Shown: in pieces, positions 28,374 to 38,202 of the stretch
How the letters are laid out: every line of letters starts with the position of its first letter
Numbering within the stretch: the stretch's first letter is position 1
Source: an uncultured Actinomycetota bacterium
GTDB taxonomy: Bacteria > Actinomycetota > UBA4738 > HRBIN12
Length of the DNA stretch: 64,000 bases
Reading direction: 5' to 3'
NCBI GenBank assembly: GCA_963842295.1
Contig: CAWJFY010000006.1
Coordinates: forward strand, 182,109 to 246,108
The notes under the pieces: generated by a model
Seen by the model: the letters and a program-made list of their open reading frames with translations, nothing else
Told to the model about the DNA's origin: nothing
Databases searched by the model: none
Made by a program: the position numbers and the translations under genes

Positions 28374-28994
28374 ATGACCGAGACGCCGAGCCGGCGCGAC
28401 CGGATCCTCGAGGCCGCGATGCGGGCCTTCGCGGAGCGCGGCTACCGAGGGACCCGTGTGGAGGACATCGCCACCGAGGTCGGCATCGCGAAGGGCACCG
28501 TCTTCCTCGACTTCGGGTCCAAAGAGGGACTGTTCCTCGAGGCTTTCAAGCGAGCCGTCTCCTCGCTCCCGGCATGGCTGGACGCGCCCGCCGATGTGGT
28601 CGACCAAGGGTTCTGGGCGGTGCTCGATTGGTGGCTGCAGCGCGCGGAGGAGCTCGTTGCCTCTGATCCGGTGCCGAACCGGGTCGCGCTCATCGCCCGG
28701 TACGACACGGGACTCGACATCCGCCGGCCGGTGGACCGGTTCATGCGGAGCGAAGATCCGTACGGGACGCTCGAGTTCGTCGAGTTCGGCGTCGGGCGCG
28801 GGGAGATCCGGGACGACGTGGATGCAGAGATGATCGCATCCACCCTGGATTGGATGGCCGAGCGCTTCCAGGACGCGCTCGTCTCCGAGGACTTCGATCC
28901 CGGGTTGATCCATCGGCGTCCCGAGCGGCGCCCGATGCGGATCAAGGAGTTCGTCGAAGTCCTCCGAGGCGGCATCGCGCCCCAGCCGGAATGA
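28374..28994 (+). CDS. TetR family transcriptional regulator
   Basis: RRDRILEAAMRAFAERGYRGTRVEDIATEVGIAKGTVFLDFGSKEGLF. Confidence 0.92.
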   Translation: MTETPSRRDRILEAAMRAFAERGYRGTRVEDIATEVGIAKGTVFLDFGSKEGLFLEAFKRAVSSLPAWLDAPADVVDQGFWAVLDWWLQRAEELVASDPVPNRVALIARYDTGLDIRRPVDRFMRSEDPYGTLEFVEFGVGRGEIRDDVDAEMIASTLDWMAERFQDALVSEDFDPGLIHRRPERRPMRIKEFVEVLRGGIAPQPE

Positions 28995-29019
28995 AGCCCG
29001 GCCTCGCTATCCTCGATCG

Positions 29020-29952
29020 ATGTCGCTCTCCGAGTCGGTCCTGCGACCATCGATCCTCCGGATCGCGGAGCATCCGTGGTCGCGCAGGGTCGTCACCGGG
29101 AGCCGGCCGGGACGAGCGGTCGCCTCCCGGTTCGTCGCGGGAGAGTCCCTCGAAGACGCGATGCGGGCGGCGGCGTTGCTGGATCGCCGGCGGATCGCGT
29201 CCATGCCCGACTTCCTCGGCGAGAACGTCCGGACGGAAGCGCAGGCAGAGGCGGCACGGGCCGCGTATCTTCAGGCGCTCGCCGCGATCGCGAACGCGAA
29301 GGATCTCGACTGCGCCATCTCGCTGAAGCCCACCCAGCTGGGGCTCGACATGTCGCTGGAGGCGTGTCTGGCCAATGTCGAGCCGATCGTCGATGCGGCC
29401 AGGAACTCGGGAACGGTCGTGATGATCGACATGGAATCCGTCGGATACGTCGATCCGACCTTCCGCGTGTTCCGGGAGGCGCACGCTCGCTACCCGAAGG
29501 TCGGCATCGCCCTGCAGTCCTACCTCCGTCGCACCGAGCGCGATCTCGCAACGCTGCCCCCGGGGTGCCGGGTCCGTCTCGTGAAGGGTGCGTATCTCGA
29601 ACCACCCGAGGCGGTCTTCACCAGCAAGCGCGAGGTGGACGCCAGCTTCGCGCGGCTGTTCACCACCCTCTTCGCCCGCGGCCACGCGATCGACGTTGCG
29701 ACGCACGACCCGCGGCTCCTCGAGGGCGTACGAAGGCGGGTGGACGCATCCGGCGAGGGCTGGTCACGGGTCGAGTTCCAGATGCTGTACGGTGTCCGCC
29801 GCGACCTGCAGGGCAGGTTCGCGGGGCAGGGATATCCGGTCCGGGTGTACATCCCGTACGGCACGGAGTGGTACCCCTACCTGACCCGTCGGCTCGCCGA
29901 GCGGCCGGCCAACGTGTGGTTCTTCCTTTCGAACCTGTTGAGGACAAGATGA
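29020..29952 (+). CDS. Monofunctional proline dehydrogenase
   Basis: RFVAGE, ISLKPTQLGL, IDME, VRLVKGAY, ATHD, EFQMLYG, YLTRRLAERPAN. Confidence 0.93.
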   Translation: MSLSESVLRPSILRIAEHPWSRRVVTGSRPGRAVASRFVAGESLEDAMRAAALLDRRRIASMPDFLGENVRTEAQAEAARAAYLQALAAIANAKDLDCAISLKPTQLGLDMSLEACLANVEPIVDAARNSGTVVMIDMESVGYVDPTFRVFREAHARYPKVGIALQSYLRRTERDLATLPPGCRVRLVKGAYLEPPEAVFTSKREVDASFARLFTTLFARGHAIDVATHDPRLLEGVRRRVDASGEGWSRVEFQMLYGVRRDLQGRFAGQGYPVRVYIPYGTEWYPYLTRRLAERPANVWFFLSNLLRTR

Positions 29953-30776
29953 CGGAACGTTCGATCGCATTCCTTGGCGGGGGCAGGATGGGCGAGGCGC
30001 TCATCGCAGGCTTGCTCCGCTCCGGCGGGCGGTCCACCGAGGAGATCCTCGTGACGTGCAGGCGGGAAGAGCGCGCCAGGGAGCTCACCGAACGCCACGG
30101 CGTCAGCGCGACGCTCGACAACGCGGAGGCCTGTCGGTTCGCGAAGGTCTTGGTCCTGATGGCGAAGCCTCAGGACTTCGAGACGCTCCTGCAACAGATC
30201 GCGGATCACGTGACGGTCGAGCATCTGGTGGTGAGCTTCGCGGCCGGGATCCGGACCTCCTTCGTGGAGCAGTCACTCGCGCCTGACGTCCCCGTCGTGC
30301 GCGTGATGTCCAACGTTCCCGTCATGGTGGACGAGGCCATGTCGGTGATCGCGCCTGGCAAGCACGCGGAGGACAAGCATCTGGCGGTGGCGGAGGAGCT
30401 GCTCGCCTACGTCGGCAAGGTCCTTCGCCTCGAGGAGCGCTACTTGGATGCCGTGACCGCCACGAGCGGCTCGGGGCCGGCTTACTTCTTCCTCCTCGCC
30501 GAGGCCATGATCGAGGCGTGCATCCTGCTGGGCCTCTCGCGCGACGTCGCGACGGAACTGATCATCCAGACGATGCTCGGTTCGGCCAAGATGCTTCGCG
30601 ACACCGGGACGCACCCGGTGGAGCTGCGTGAGATGGTCACCTCACCAGGTGGCACGACGATCGAGGCGATCCGCCACCTGGAGGAGGCCGGCGTGCGCGC
30701 CGCGTTCCTGAACGCGATCGATGCGGCTCGGAAACGAAGCGAGGAGCTCGCGCGCGGCGGCGACGACGACATCTAG
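29949..30776 (+). CDS. proC: Pyrroline-5-carboxylate reductase
   Basis: FLGGGRMGEAL, VRVMSNVP, TATSGSGPAYFF, VTSPGGTT. Confidence 0.95.
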   Translation: MTERSIAFLGGGRMGEALIAGLLRSGGRSTEEILVTCRREERARELTERHGVSATLDNAEACRFAKVLVLMAKPQDFETLLQQIADHVTVEHLVVSFAAGIRTSFVEQSLAPDVPVVRVMSNVPVMVDEAMSVIAPGKHAEDKHLAVAEELLAYVGKVLRLEERYLDAVTATSGSGPAYFFLLAEAMIEACILLGLSRDVATELIIQTMLGSAKMLRDTGTHPVELREMVTSPGGTTIEAIRHLEEAGVRAAFLNAIDAARKRSEELARGGDDDI

Positions 30777-30798
30777 CGAGGACCGGGGGGAGAGGAAG

Positions 30799-30921
30799 AT
30801 GGGACGAGGCGATCTGGCCAAGGTGCGCTCCGCGCATGACCGAGGACGGAAGAAGAAGGACCGCGAGAAGCGGCAGGCGGCCGAGCGCGCCGCCGCGCGG
30901 AAGGCGGCGAAGAAGAAGTAG
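30799..30921 (+). CDS. Small highly basic protein (40 aa)
   Basis: MGRGDLAKVRSAHDRGRKKKDREKRQAAERAAARKAAKKK; purine-rich RBS; host-like codons. Confidence 0.65.
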   Translation: MGRGDLAKVRSAHDRGRKKKDREKRQAAERAAARKAAKKK

Positions 30922-30943
30922 CGCGAGGCGGCCGATGCGGGTC

Positions 30944-31765
30944 TCAGCCGGCGGGAGGTCGCTGTCCCAGTCGGTTCCTGAGGGTTCCGATCCCCTCGGC
31001 TGCGAGCTCCACCGTCGCACCGGGCCACAGCCGCCGTGCCGGATCGTCGTCCCTCGTCGGGAAGGGACCCAGGGCGAACGCGTCTGCGCGCTCGAGCGTC
31101 GTCCCGCGCGATGCGAATGCGACAAGCTCGAACAGGCTCCGCGCCGCGCCGTTCAGGTTCCCTTTCGCCATCTCGTGTCCCTCGACCTTGGCCTGCAGGA
31201 ACATCGCCTGCGGGTCGCACTCGTCCGTCGTGACCACGCAAGGACCGATCGCGAGCGGGACGCCTTCGGATGTCCCCAGGGGGTCGCCCGATCCGTCCTT
31301 CGCCACCCAGTCGCTGACGAGCGTGTAGCCGAACACGTGCCCGAGGACATCCTCGAGCACGACGTCCGCGGTTTCGAGACCGAGCACCGCGGCCACCTTC
31401 GGCTCGTAGTCGAGCCACGCGGCTCCGGAGGGCCATGGGATCTCCTGCTCAGGTCCCGCGATCCTGCGCTCGAGCCCGGTGCCATCCTCGCCCGCGAGGC
31501 TTCCGGGAGCGGTGGGGATCAGCAGCGAGCGAGGGAACAGCGGTGGCAAGACGCGCGCCTGTTTGACGACGTGCTGGGTCACGTCTTCACGAGCGAGGGC
31601 TGCGCGGGCGGCGTCCATCACCGTCCCCCGGCTGCTCTGCACGAACGCCTCGAGGGTGGTGGGAAAGGCCGGGTGCCCGATGGCGTCGGGCAGATCGACC
31701 ACCCTCCCATCGAGGATCGCCCCCAGACGCCGGTGCCCCCTCCGGTCGTAGGTTACGAGCCTCAT
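30944..31765 (-). CDS. Fumarylacetoacetate hydrolase family protein (divergent)
   Basis: MRLVTY...LDYEPKVAAVLG...GYTLVSDW...IGPCVVT...GIGTLRN. Confidence 0.75.
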   Translation of the reverse strand: MRLVTYDRRGHRRLGAILDGRVVDLPDAIGHPAFPTTLEAFVQSSRGTVMDAARAALAREDVTQHVVKQARVLPPLFPRSLLIPTAPGSLAGEDGTGLERRIAGPEQEIPWPSGAAWLDYEPKVAAVLGLETADVVLEDVLGHVFGYTLVSDWVAKDGSGDPLGTSEGVPLAIGPCVVTTDECDPQAMFLQAKVEGHEMAKGNLNGAARSLFELVAFASRGTTLERADAFALGPFPTRDDDPARRLWPGATVELAAEGIGTLRNRLGQRPPAG

Positions 31766-31916
31766 CTTTAGGGAGCCCGAGCATACGCCCGGCCATCCCG
31801 AGAATCTCCGGTTCGACCGGCGAACTTCGGCCTCAGACGGTGGCGTGCGCGCTCGTCGCGCGCGGCGATACCATCCATCCGTCCCTCACGCCGCGAGAAG
31901 GCAAAGGAGTCACCCG

Positions 31917-33482
31917 ATGGCCGAGAAGTTCCGGATCACCTACGCGACCCTGTCCGCCGACAACGAGGACCTGCAGCGCAACTACGACGAGGCGGTGGAG
32001 CGGGCTCGCGCCGAGCTCGGCAAGGAGTGGCCGTTCGTCGTCAACGGCGAGGAGCGATGGACCGACGAGAAGTACGAGGAACCCTCGCCGATCGACTCCG
32101 ACGTCATCATCGGCAGGTTCTCCCAGGCCACCCCCGAAGACGTGGACGATGCGGTCGCCGCCGCCAAGGGCTTCTCCCTGGAATGGGAGCGGATGGGCTG
32201 GAAGGAGCGGGTCCGGATCCTCCGCAACGTCGCCGATGTGATGGAGGATCGGCTGTTCGACTTGGCAGCCCTGATGGCATTCGAGGTCGGCAAGAACCGG
32301 CTCGAAGCGCTCGGCGACGTCCAGGAGACGGCCGAGCTGATCCGGTGGAACTGTGACGAGGTCGAGAAGCACGACGGGTTCCGGGTGCCGATGTCCGGTC
32401 TCGGCGCCGCAGGCGAGTACTACGACGTGATGCGTCCCTACGGCGTCTGGGCCGTGATCAGCCCGTTCAACTTCCCGTTCGCGCTGGCCGGCGGCCCTTC
32501 CTCGGGCGCGCTCGTGGCCGGGAACGCAGTGGTGTTGAAGCCCTCGAACCAGGGCGCCCTCATGGGCTACAAGCTCTATGAGTGCTACCGCGACGGGGGC
32601 GTGCCGCCCGGTGCGTTCCACCTGATCCTCGGGCGTGGCTCCCTGGTGGGCGAGCACCTCTGGCGTCATCCCGACGTGAACGGAGTCACGTTCACCGGCT
32701 CCTACGCCGTCGGGATGGACATCCTCAAGAACTTCGTCCAGGACGTCCCGAAGCCCGTGATCGCCGAGATGGGTGGGAAGAACCCCGCGATCGTGACGAA
32801 GAACGCCGATCTCGACGTCGCGACCGACGGTGTCCTTCGCTCCGCGTTCGGCTTCGGTGGGCAGAAGTGCTCGGCGAACTCCCGCGTCTACGTCGAGCGC
32901 GAGGTCTACGACGACTTCGTGAAGCTGCTCAAGGACAAGACCGAGAAGCTGAAGGTCGGGAACCCGGTCGAGCGCGACGTGTTCATGGGCCCGGTCGTCA
33001 ACGAAGAGGCGATGAACACGTTCGAGCAGGCGGCCGGTGAGGCGAAGAAGAACGGCAACGTGATCACCGGCGGCGAGCGGCTCACCGAGGGCGACCTCGA
33101 GCGCGGGCTCTTCGTGCAACCGACGATCGTGGAGGCGCCGGACGACAGCTGGCTGTGGAAGAAGGAACTGTTCGTGCCCTTCCTGGCGGTGGCGCCGTTC
33201 GACGAGCTCGACGAGGCGATCGGCAAGGCGAACGACACCGAGTACGGGCTGACGGCCGGCTTGTTCAGCAAGGACCGCAAGGAGATCGAGGACTGGCTCG
33301 ACAAGATCCAGGCCGGCGTCGTGTACGTCAACCGGCGTGCGGGAGCCACGACCGGCGCCTGGCCGGGCGTCCAGCCGTTCGGCGGCTGGAAGGGGTCGGG
33401 GACGACCGGCAAGGCCGGCGGGGGTCCCTACTACGTCACCCAGTACCTCCGCGAGCAGTCTCGGACGGTGATCGAGGAGTGA
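31917..33482 (+). CDS. Aldehyde dehydrogenase, P5C dehydrogenase (RocA/PruA)-like
   Basis: ISPFNFP, FTGS, AEMGGKNP, FGFGGQKCSA, ELFVP, QPFGGWKGSG. Confidence 0.88.
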   Translation: MAEKFRITYATLSADNEDLQRNYDEAVERARAELGKEWPFVVNGEERWTDEKYEEPSPIDSDVIIGRFSQATPEDVDDAVAAAKGFSLEWERMGWKERVRILRNVADVMEDRLFDLAALMAFEVGKNRLEALGDVQETAELIRWNCDEVEKHDGFRVPMSGLGAAGEYYDVMRPYGVWAVISPFNFPFALAGGPSSGALVAGNAVVLKPSNQGALMGYKLYECYRDGGVPPGAFHLILGRGSLVGEHLWRHPDVNGVTFTGSYAVGMDILKNFVQDVPKPVIAEMGGKNPAIVTKNADLDVATDGVLRSAFGFGGQKCSANSRVYVEREVYDDFVKLLKDKTEKLKVGNPVERDVFMGPVVNEEAMNTFEQAAGEAKKNGNVITGGERLTEGDLERGLFVQPTIVEAPDDSWLWKKELFVPFLAVAPFDELDEAIGKANDTEYGLTAGLFSKDRKEIEDWLDKIQAGVVYVNRRAGATTGAWPGVQPFGGWKGSGTTGKAGGGPYYVTQYLREQSRTVIEE

Positions 33483-34813
33483 GCCCCGAGGGCCTCGAGG
33501 GGGCCGAGGCGCCCAGGCTGGTCACGGAGCTTCCCGGGCCGAAGGCCCGGGAAGTCCTCGAACGGGATGCGCGCACGACGTCGCCGTCGCTGCCGCGCGT
33601 CTACCCGTTCGTGCCCGCGCGCGGTGCCGGTTCTGTGGTGGAAGACGTCGACGGCAACGTGTTCCTGGACGTGAATGCGGGCATCGCGGTCACGTCCACG
33701 GGGCACTGCCACCCCACGGTGGTGGAGGCCATCCAGCGACAGGCGACCGAGCTGATCCACTACTCGGCCTCCGACTTCTACCTGCCGATCTACTCGGAGC
33801 TGACGGAACGTCTGGCGGAGATCGCGCCGATGTCCGGCGCCGTCCGCTCCTTCCTCACCAACTCGGGTACCGAGGCCGTCGAAGCGGGGATCAAGCTGGC
33901 CCGGTGGGCCACGGGCCGCCAGTACGTGATCGCGTTCTACGGCTCCTTCCATGGACGTTCCTACGGGGGCATGTCGCTCGGCGCGTCGAAGGCACGCTAT
34001 CGAGCGGGCTTCGGGCCCCTGCTGCCGGGCGTGATCCACGCCTACTACGGAGATGGACGGGACATGCCCGTCCCGCCCGCCGCCGACGCGGAGGGCTTCC
34101 CCACGCTCGAGCACATCGAGGGGTTCCTGATGAAGAAGATCGTGGCGCCCGAAGAGGTGGCCGCGATCGTCGTCGAGCCCGTGCTCGGGGAAGGCGGGTA
34201 CATCGTGCCGCCGGACGGCTGGCTCCGGGCGCTTCGCGAGCTCTGCGACAGGCACGGCATCCTGTTGGTCTGCGACGAGGTCCAGTCGGGGATGGGCCGC
34301 ACCGGCAAGATGTGGGCGGTAGAACACTTCGACGTGGAGCCGGACATCCTGCTCTCGGGCAAGGGGATCGCGAGCGGGATGCCGCTCGGCGCGACGATCG
34401 CGAAAGATTCCGTGATGACGTGGACGACCGGCACGCACGGCTCCACGTACGGGGGGAACCCGCTCTCGTGCGCGGCGGCGATCGCGACGCTCGACGTCAT
34501 CCGGAGCGAGGAGCTGTTGGAGAACGCGGCGAAGGTCGGTGAGCTGCTGATGAACGGGCTGCGCGACGTCCAGAGTCGCAACGACGCGATCCGCGAGGTC
34601 CGCGGACTGGGGCTGATGATCGGGATCGAGCTGCCCGATCACGAGACGGCGGCCGCGGTCGAACGCGCCGCGTTCGACCGCGGCCTCCTGATGCTCGGGT
34701 GCGGCGAGGCATCCATCCGGATGTCCCCGGCCCTCGTGTTCCGCGAGGATCAGGCCCGCGTCGCCCTCGAGCTCTTCGAAGAGGTCGTCGCCGAGACCGC
34801 TCCCGGGGCGTAG
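33479..34813 (+). CDS. Class III aminotransferase (GABA/ornithine-type)
   Basis: NSGTEAVE, FHGRSYG, EPVLGEGGY, DEVQSGMGRTG, GKGIASG, STYGGNP. Confidence 0.9.
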   Translation: MSPEGLEGAEAPRLVTELPGPKAREVLERDARTTSPSLPRVYPFVPARGAGSVVEDVDGNVFLDVNAGIAVTSTGHCHPTVVEAIQRQATELIHYSASDFYLPIYSELTERLAEIAPMSGAVRSFLTNSGTEAVEAGIKLARWATGRQYVIAFYGSFHGRSYGGMSLGASKARYRAGFGPLLPGVIHAYYGDGRDMPVPPAADAEGFPTLEHIEGFLMKKIVAPEEVAAIVVEPVLGEGGYIVPPDGWLRALRELCDRHGILLVCDEVQSGMGRTGKMWAVEHFDVEPDILLSGKGIASGMPLGATIAKDSVMTWTTGTHGSTYGGNPLSCAAAIATLDVIRSEELLENAAKVGELLMNGLRDVQSRNDAIREVRGLGLMIGIELPDHETAAAVERAAFDRGLLMLGCGEASIRMSPALVFREDQARVALELFEEVVAETAPGA

Positions 34814-34820
34814 CGCCACC

Positions 34821-35204
34821 GTGGCATCGCTCGTCGAGACCCTCACGGTCGACTGCGCCGATCCGCGCCGGGTGGCCGAGTTCTGGTGCGGCGTCCTCGG
34901 GTACGAGATCGCCGACGAGGACGAGGAGGACGTCGAGATCCGCGACCCGGCGGGCAAGGGGTGGCCGCTGCTGTTCCAGGTGGTTCCCGAGGGAAAGACC
35001 GTGAAGAACCGGCTGCACCTCGACCTGTCGCCCCCGTCCACGATGCGCGAGGAGGTGGAGCGGGTCTCGGCGCTCGGCGCCACGACGTTCCGGTTCGTGA
35101 AGGAGGACGGCAGCTTCTGGACGGTGATGCTCGACCCGGAGGGGAACGAGTTCTGCGTCCTGCGGGGTCCGAACGACGACCCGCCCAAGGAGCGACCGTC
35201 GTGA
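34821..35204 (+). CDS. VOC family protein
   Basis: DCADPRRVAEFW...VPEGKTVKNRLHLDL...DPEGNEFC. Confidence 0.9.
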   Translation: MASLVETLTVDCADPRRVAEFWCGVLGYEIADEDEEDVEIRDPAGKGWPLLFQVVPEGKTVKNRLHLDLSPPSTMREEVERVSALGATTFRFVKEDGSFWTVMLDPEGNEFCVLRGPNDDPPKERPS

Positions 35205-36121
35205 TCTCCAAGGTGGCGACGATGAAGGACGCCGTCGCGGACCTCGTCCGCGACGGCGACACGGTCGCGATCGAGGGGTTCACGCATCTGATCTGCTTCG
35301 CGGCCGGCCACGAGATCATCCGGCAGCGCAAGCGCGACCTGACCCTCGCCCGGATGACGCCCGACGTCGTGTACGACCAGATGGTCGGCGCCGGCGTCGC
35401 CAAGAAGCTGATCTTCTCCTGGCTCGGCAACCCCGGCGTCGGCTCGCTGCACGCGGTCCGACGCCGGATCGAGGATCAGAACCCGGGACCGCTCGAGATC
35501 GAGGAGTACTCGCACTTCGGGATGGTCTGCCGGTACGTCGCGGGTGCCTCGAACCTCCCGTTCTTCCCGATCCGCAGCTACTACGAGTCCGACATCCCGA
35601 AGGTGAACCCGAAGATCGTGCCGATGACGTCGCCCTACGACGACGCGACCGAGGTCTACGCGGTCCCGCCGCTGAAGCCCGACGTCACGATCGTGCACGC
35701 GCAGCGTGCCGACCGCGAAGGGAACGCCCAGATCTGGGGGCTGCTCGGCTGCCAGAAAGAGGCGGCGTTCGCCGCGGAGCGAGTGATCGTCGTCGTGGAA
35801 GAGCTCGTGGACGGCGACGTGATCCGCCGCGATCCCAATCGGACCGTGATCCCCGGCATCGTCGTGGACGCGGTGGTCGAGGAGCCGTTCGCGTGTCATC
35901 CCTCGTTCGCCCAGGGTTACTACGACCGCGACAACGCGTTCTATCTCGCGTGGGACGCGATCGCGCGCGACCCGGCCACGCTGGACGCCTGGTTGCAGGA
36001 ATGGGTGTACGACCTCAGCTCGCACGGCGACTACGTCCAGAAGTGGGGCGCGGACCACTGGGCGTCGCTGAAGCCCGGGCCCGCGCTCTCCGGCGAGGTC
36101 GACTACGGGAGCTACGCGTGA
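35201..36121 (+). CDS. CoA-transferase subunit A (glutaconate/3-oxoadipate type)
   Basis: VAIEGFTHLICFAAGHEIIRQ, SWLGNPGVGSLH, HAQRADREGN, GYYDRDN. Confidence 0.88.
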   Translation: MISKVATMKDAVADLVRDGDTVAIEGFTHLICFAAGHEIIRQRKRDLTLARMTPDVVYDQMVGAGVAKKLIFSWLGNPGVGSLHAVRRRIEDQNPGPLEIEEYSHFGMVCRYVAGASNLPFFPIRSYYESDIPKVNPKIVPMTSPYDDATEVYAVPPLKPDVTIVHAQRADREGNAQIWGLLGCQKEAAFAAERVIVVVEELVDGDVIRRDPNRTVIPGIVVDAVVEEPFACHPSFAQGYYDRDNAFYLAWDAIARDPATLDAWLQEWVYDLSSHGDYVQKWGADHWASLKPGPALSGEVDYGSYA

Positions 36122-36882
36122 GCGAGTACTCGAAGAACGAGCTGATGATCGCAGCGAGCGCGCGCCTGCTCGCCGGGGTCGAGAACTGCTTCGTGGGCGT
36201 GGGGCTGCCGAACATCGTCTGCAACCTCGCCCAGCGTACGGTCGCCCCCGAGCTCCAACTGGTCTACGAATCCGGGGTGTTCGGCGCCCGGCCCCGCCGG
36301 CTCCCGCTGTCGATCGGCGATCCTACCCTCGCGACGGGCTCCACGGCGGTCACGTCGATGTTCGAGCTCTTCGCCTTCTATCTCCAGGCGGGGCTGATCG
36401 ACGTGGCGTTCCTCGGCGGTGCGCAGATCGACCGCTTCGGGAACCTGAACACGACGGTGATCGGCGACTACGACAGCCCGAAGGTGCGCCTCCCCGGCTC
36501 GGGCGGCGCATGCGAGATCGCGATCCACGCCCGGAAGATCCTCGTGATCATGCGGCAAGCCGAGCGGTCGTTCGTCGAGAAGCTGCACTTCCGGACGTCC
36601 CCGGGCCACAGCGGCGATCCCGAGCACGACCGGGCTCGAGGCTGGTCGGGGAGTGGTCCGACGGATGTGGTCACTGACCTCGCCACCTTCGGCTTCGACG
36701 AGGAGACCGGCGAGATGACGCTGGGGACGCTGCACCCCGGCGTCAGCCTCGAGGACGTGAAGGCGAACATGGGGTGGGACCCTCGGGTCGCACCGGACCT
36801 CTCCGAGACCCCTCGGCCCGGCGCCGACGAGCTCCGACTCCTGCGCGAGGAGCTCGACCCCGAGGGCATCTACACGAAGTAG
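36118..36882 (+). CDS. CoA-transferase subunit B
   Basis: FVGVGLP, LVYESG, GGAQIDRFGNLN, RLPGSGGACEIA. Confidence 0.88.
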   Translation: MSEYSKNELMIAASARLLAGVENCFVGVGLPNIVCNLAQRTVAPELQLVYESGVFGARPRRLPLSIGDPTLATGSTAVTSMFELFAFYLQAGLIDVAFLGGAQIDRFGNLNTTVIGDYDSPKVRLPGSGGACEIAIHARKILVIMRQAERSFVEKLHFRTSPGHSGDPEHDRARGWSGSGPTDVVTDLATFGFDEETGEMTLGTLHPGVSLEDVKANMGWDPRVAPDLSETPRPGADELRLLREELDPEGIYTK

Positions 36883-36891
36883 CCTGAGCTC

Positions 36892-38202
36892 GTGACCCAT
36901 GTGTTCTCGCGGGCGCCGACCCGGGACCTGCCGGTGGCCGTGTCCGCGGACGGCGTCTGGATCACCGACGCAGAGGGCAAGCGCTATCTGGACGGAGCCG
37001 GCGGCGCGATCGTCGTGAACGTCGGACACGGCGTCGCCTCCGTGATCGACGCGATCGGCGAGCAGCTCGAGCGCACGCAGTACGTCCACCCGACGGCGTT
37101 CACGACCGAAGCGGTGGAGTCCTACGCCGAGGAGGTCGCCGCGATCCTCCCGATGGAGGACGCGCGCATCTACCCCGTGTCCGGCGGGTCCGAGGCCGTC
37201 GAAACGGCGCTGAAGATGGCGCGCACCTACCACCTCGCGAAAGGACGTGGCGGGCGTTCGATCGTGATCGGGCGCAGGAACTCCTATCACGGGAACACCC
37301 TAGGAGCCCTCGACGCGTCCGGGAAGGCACCGCTCCGCAAGCCCTACACGCCGTGGCTGGGAAGGAGCCTCCACGTCTCGGCCGCCTACGAGTTCCGTTG
37401 CGAGAACCCGCAGCACCCGCACGGGTGCGGTGCCTGGCACGCGGCCGAGCTCGACAAGATGATCGAGTCCTACGGCGAGGACACGGTGGCCGCGTTCATC
37501 GCGGAACCCGTGTCGGGCGCCACGCTCGGGGGCGCCGTCCCATCCGAGGACTACTGGCCCGCGATCGTCGAGGTGTGCCGGCGCCACGACGTCGTGCTCA
37601 TCGCCGACGAGGTGATGACCGGGTTCGGGCGCACGGGCTCGTGGTTCGGCGTCGACCACTGGGATGTGCAGCCGGACATCCTCGTCGCAGGCAAGGGAGC
37701 CACCAGTGGGTACGTGCCGTTCGGGTTCGCGGCCGCGTCGGGCCGCGTCTACGAGGAGATCGCTGCAGGACCGGGGTTCGTCCATGGCTTCACGTGGTCG
37801 CACCACGCGCTCGGCGCCGCGGCCGGGCTCGCCGTGCTGCGGGAGCTGAAGGCGGGTCTCGTGGACAGGAGTCGCGAGCTGGGCGAGCGGCTCCTCTCCG
37901 GGTTGCGGACCGAGCTCGAGGACGCGCCGACGGTGGGAGACGTGCGGGGTCTCGGGATGCTGATCGGGATCGAGCTGGTTCGGGAGCGGGAGACGAACGA
38001 GCCGTTCATGAGGTCCGCCCAGGTAGCCGAGCGCGTGCTGACCGCCGCGCGCGAAGCCGGATCGCTCCTCTACTCCTCGACCGGCCACGTCGACGGCACG
38101 AACGGCGACCTGGTGATGCTCGGCCCGCCGTTCTCGATGTCGGACGAGGAGGCCGCGACGCTCCTCGAGCGGACGGCCGCCGCCGTTCGCGGCGTCTCGT
38201 GA
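36892..38202 (+). CDS. Class III aminotransferase
   Basis: SGGSEAVETALK, SYHGNT, ADEVMTGFGRTG, GKGATSGY, HGFTWSHH. Confidence 0.9.
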   Translation: MTHVFSRAPTRDLPVAVSADGVWITDAEGKRYLDGAGGAIVVNVGHGVASVIDAIGEQLERTQYVHPTAFTTEAVESYAEEVAAILPMEDARIYPVSGGSEAVETALKMARTYHLAKGRGGRSIVIGRRNSYHGNTLGALDASGKAPLRKPYTPWLGRSLHVSAAYEFRCENPQHPHGCGAWHAAELDKMIESYGEDTVAAFIAEPVSGATLGGAVPSEDYWPAIVEVCRRHDVVLIADEVMTGFGRTGSWFGVDHWDVQPDILVAGKGATSGYVPFGFAAASGRVYEEIAAGPGFVHGFTWSHHALGAAAGLAVLRELKAGLVDRSRELGERLLSGLRTELEDAPTVGDVRGLGMLIGIELVRERETNEPFMRSAQVAERVLTAAREAGSLLYSSTGHVDGTNGDLVMLGPPFSMSDEEAATLLERTAAAVRGVS

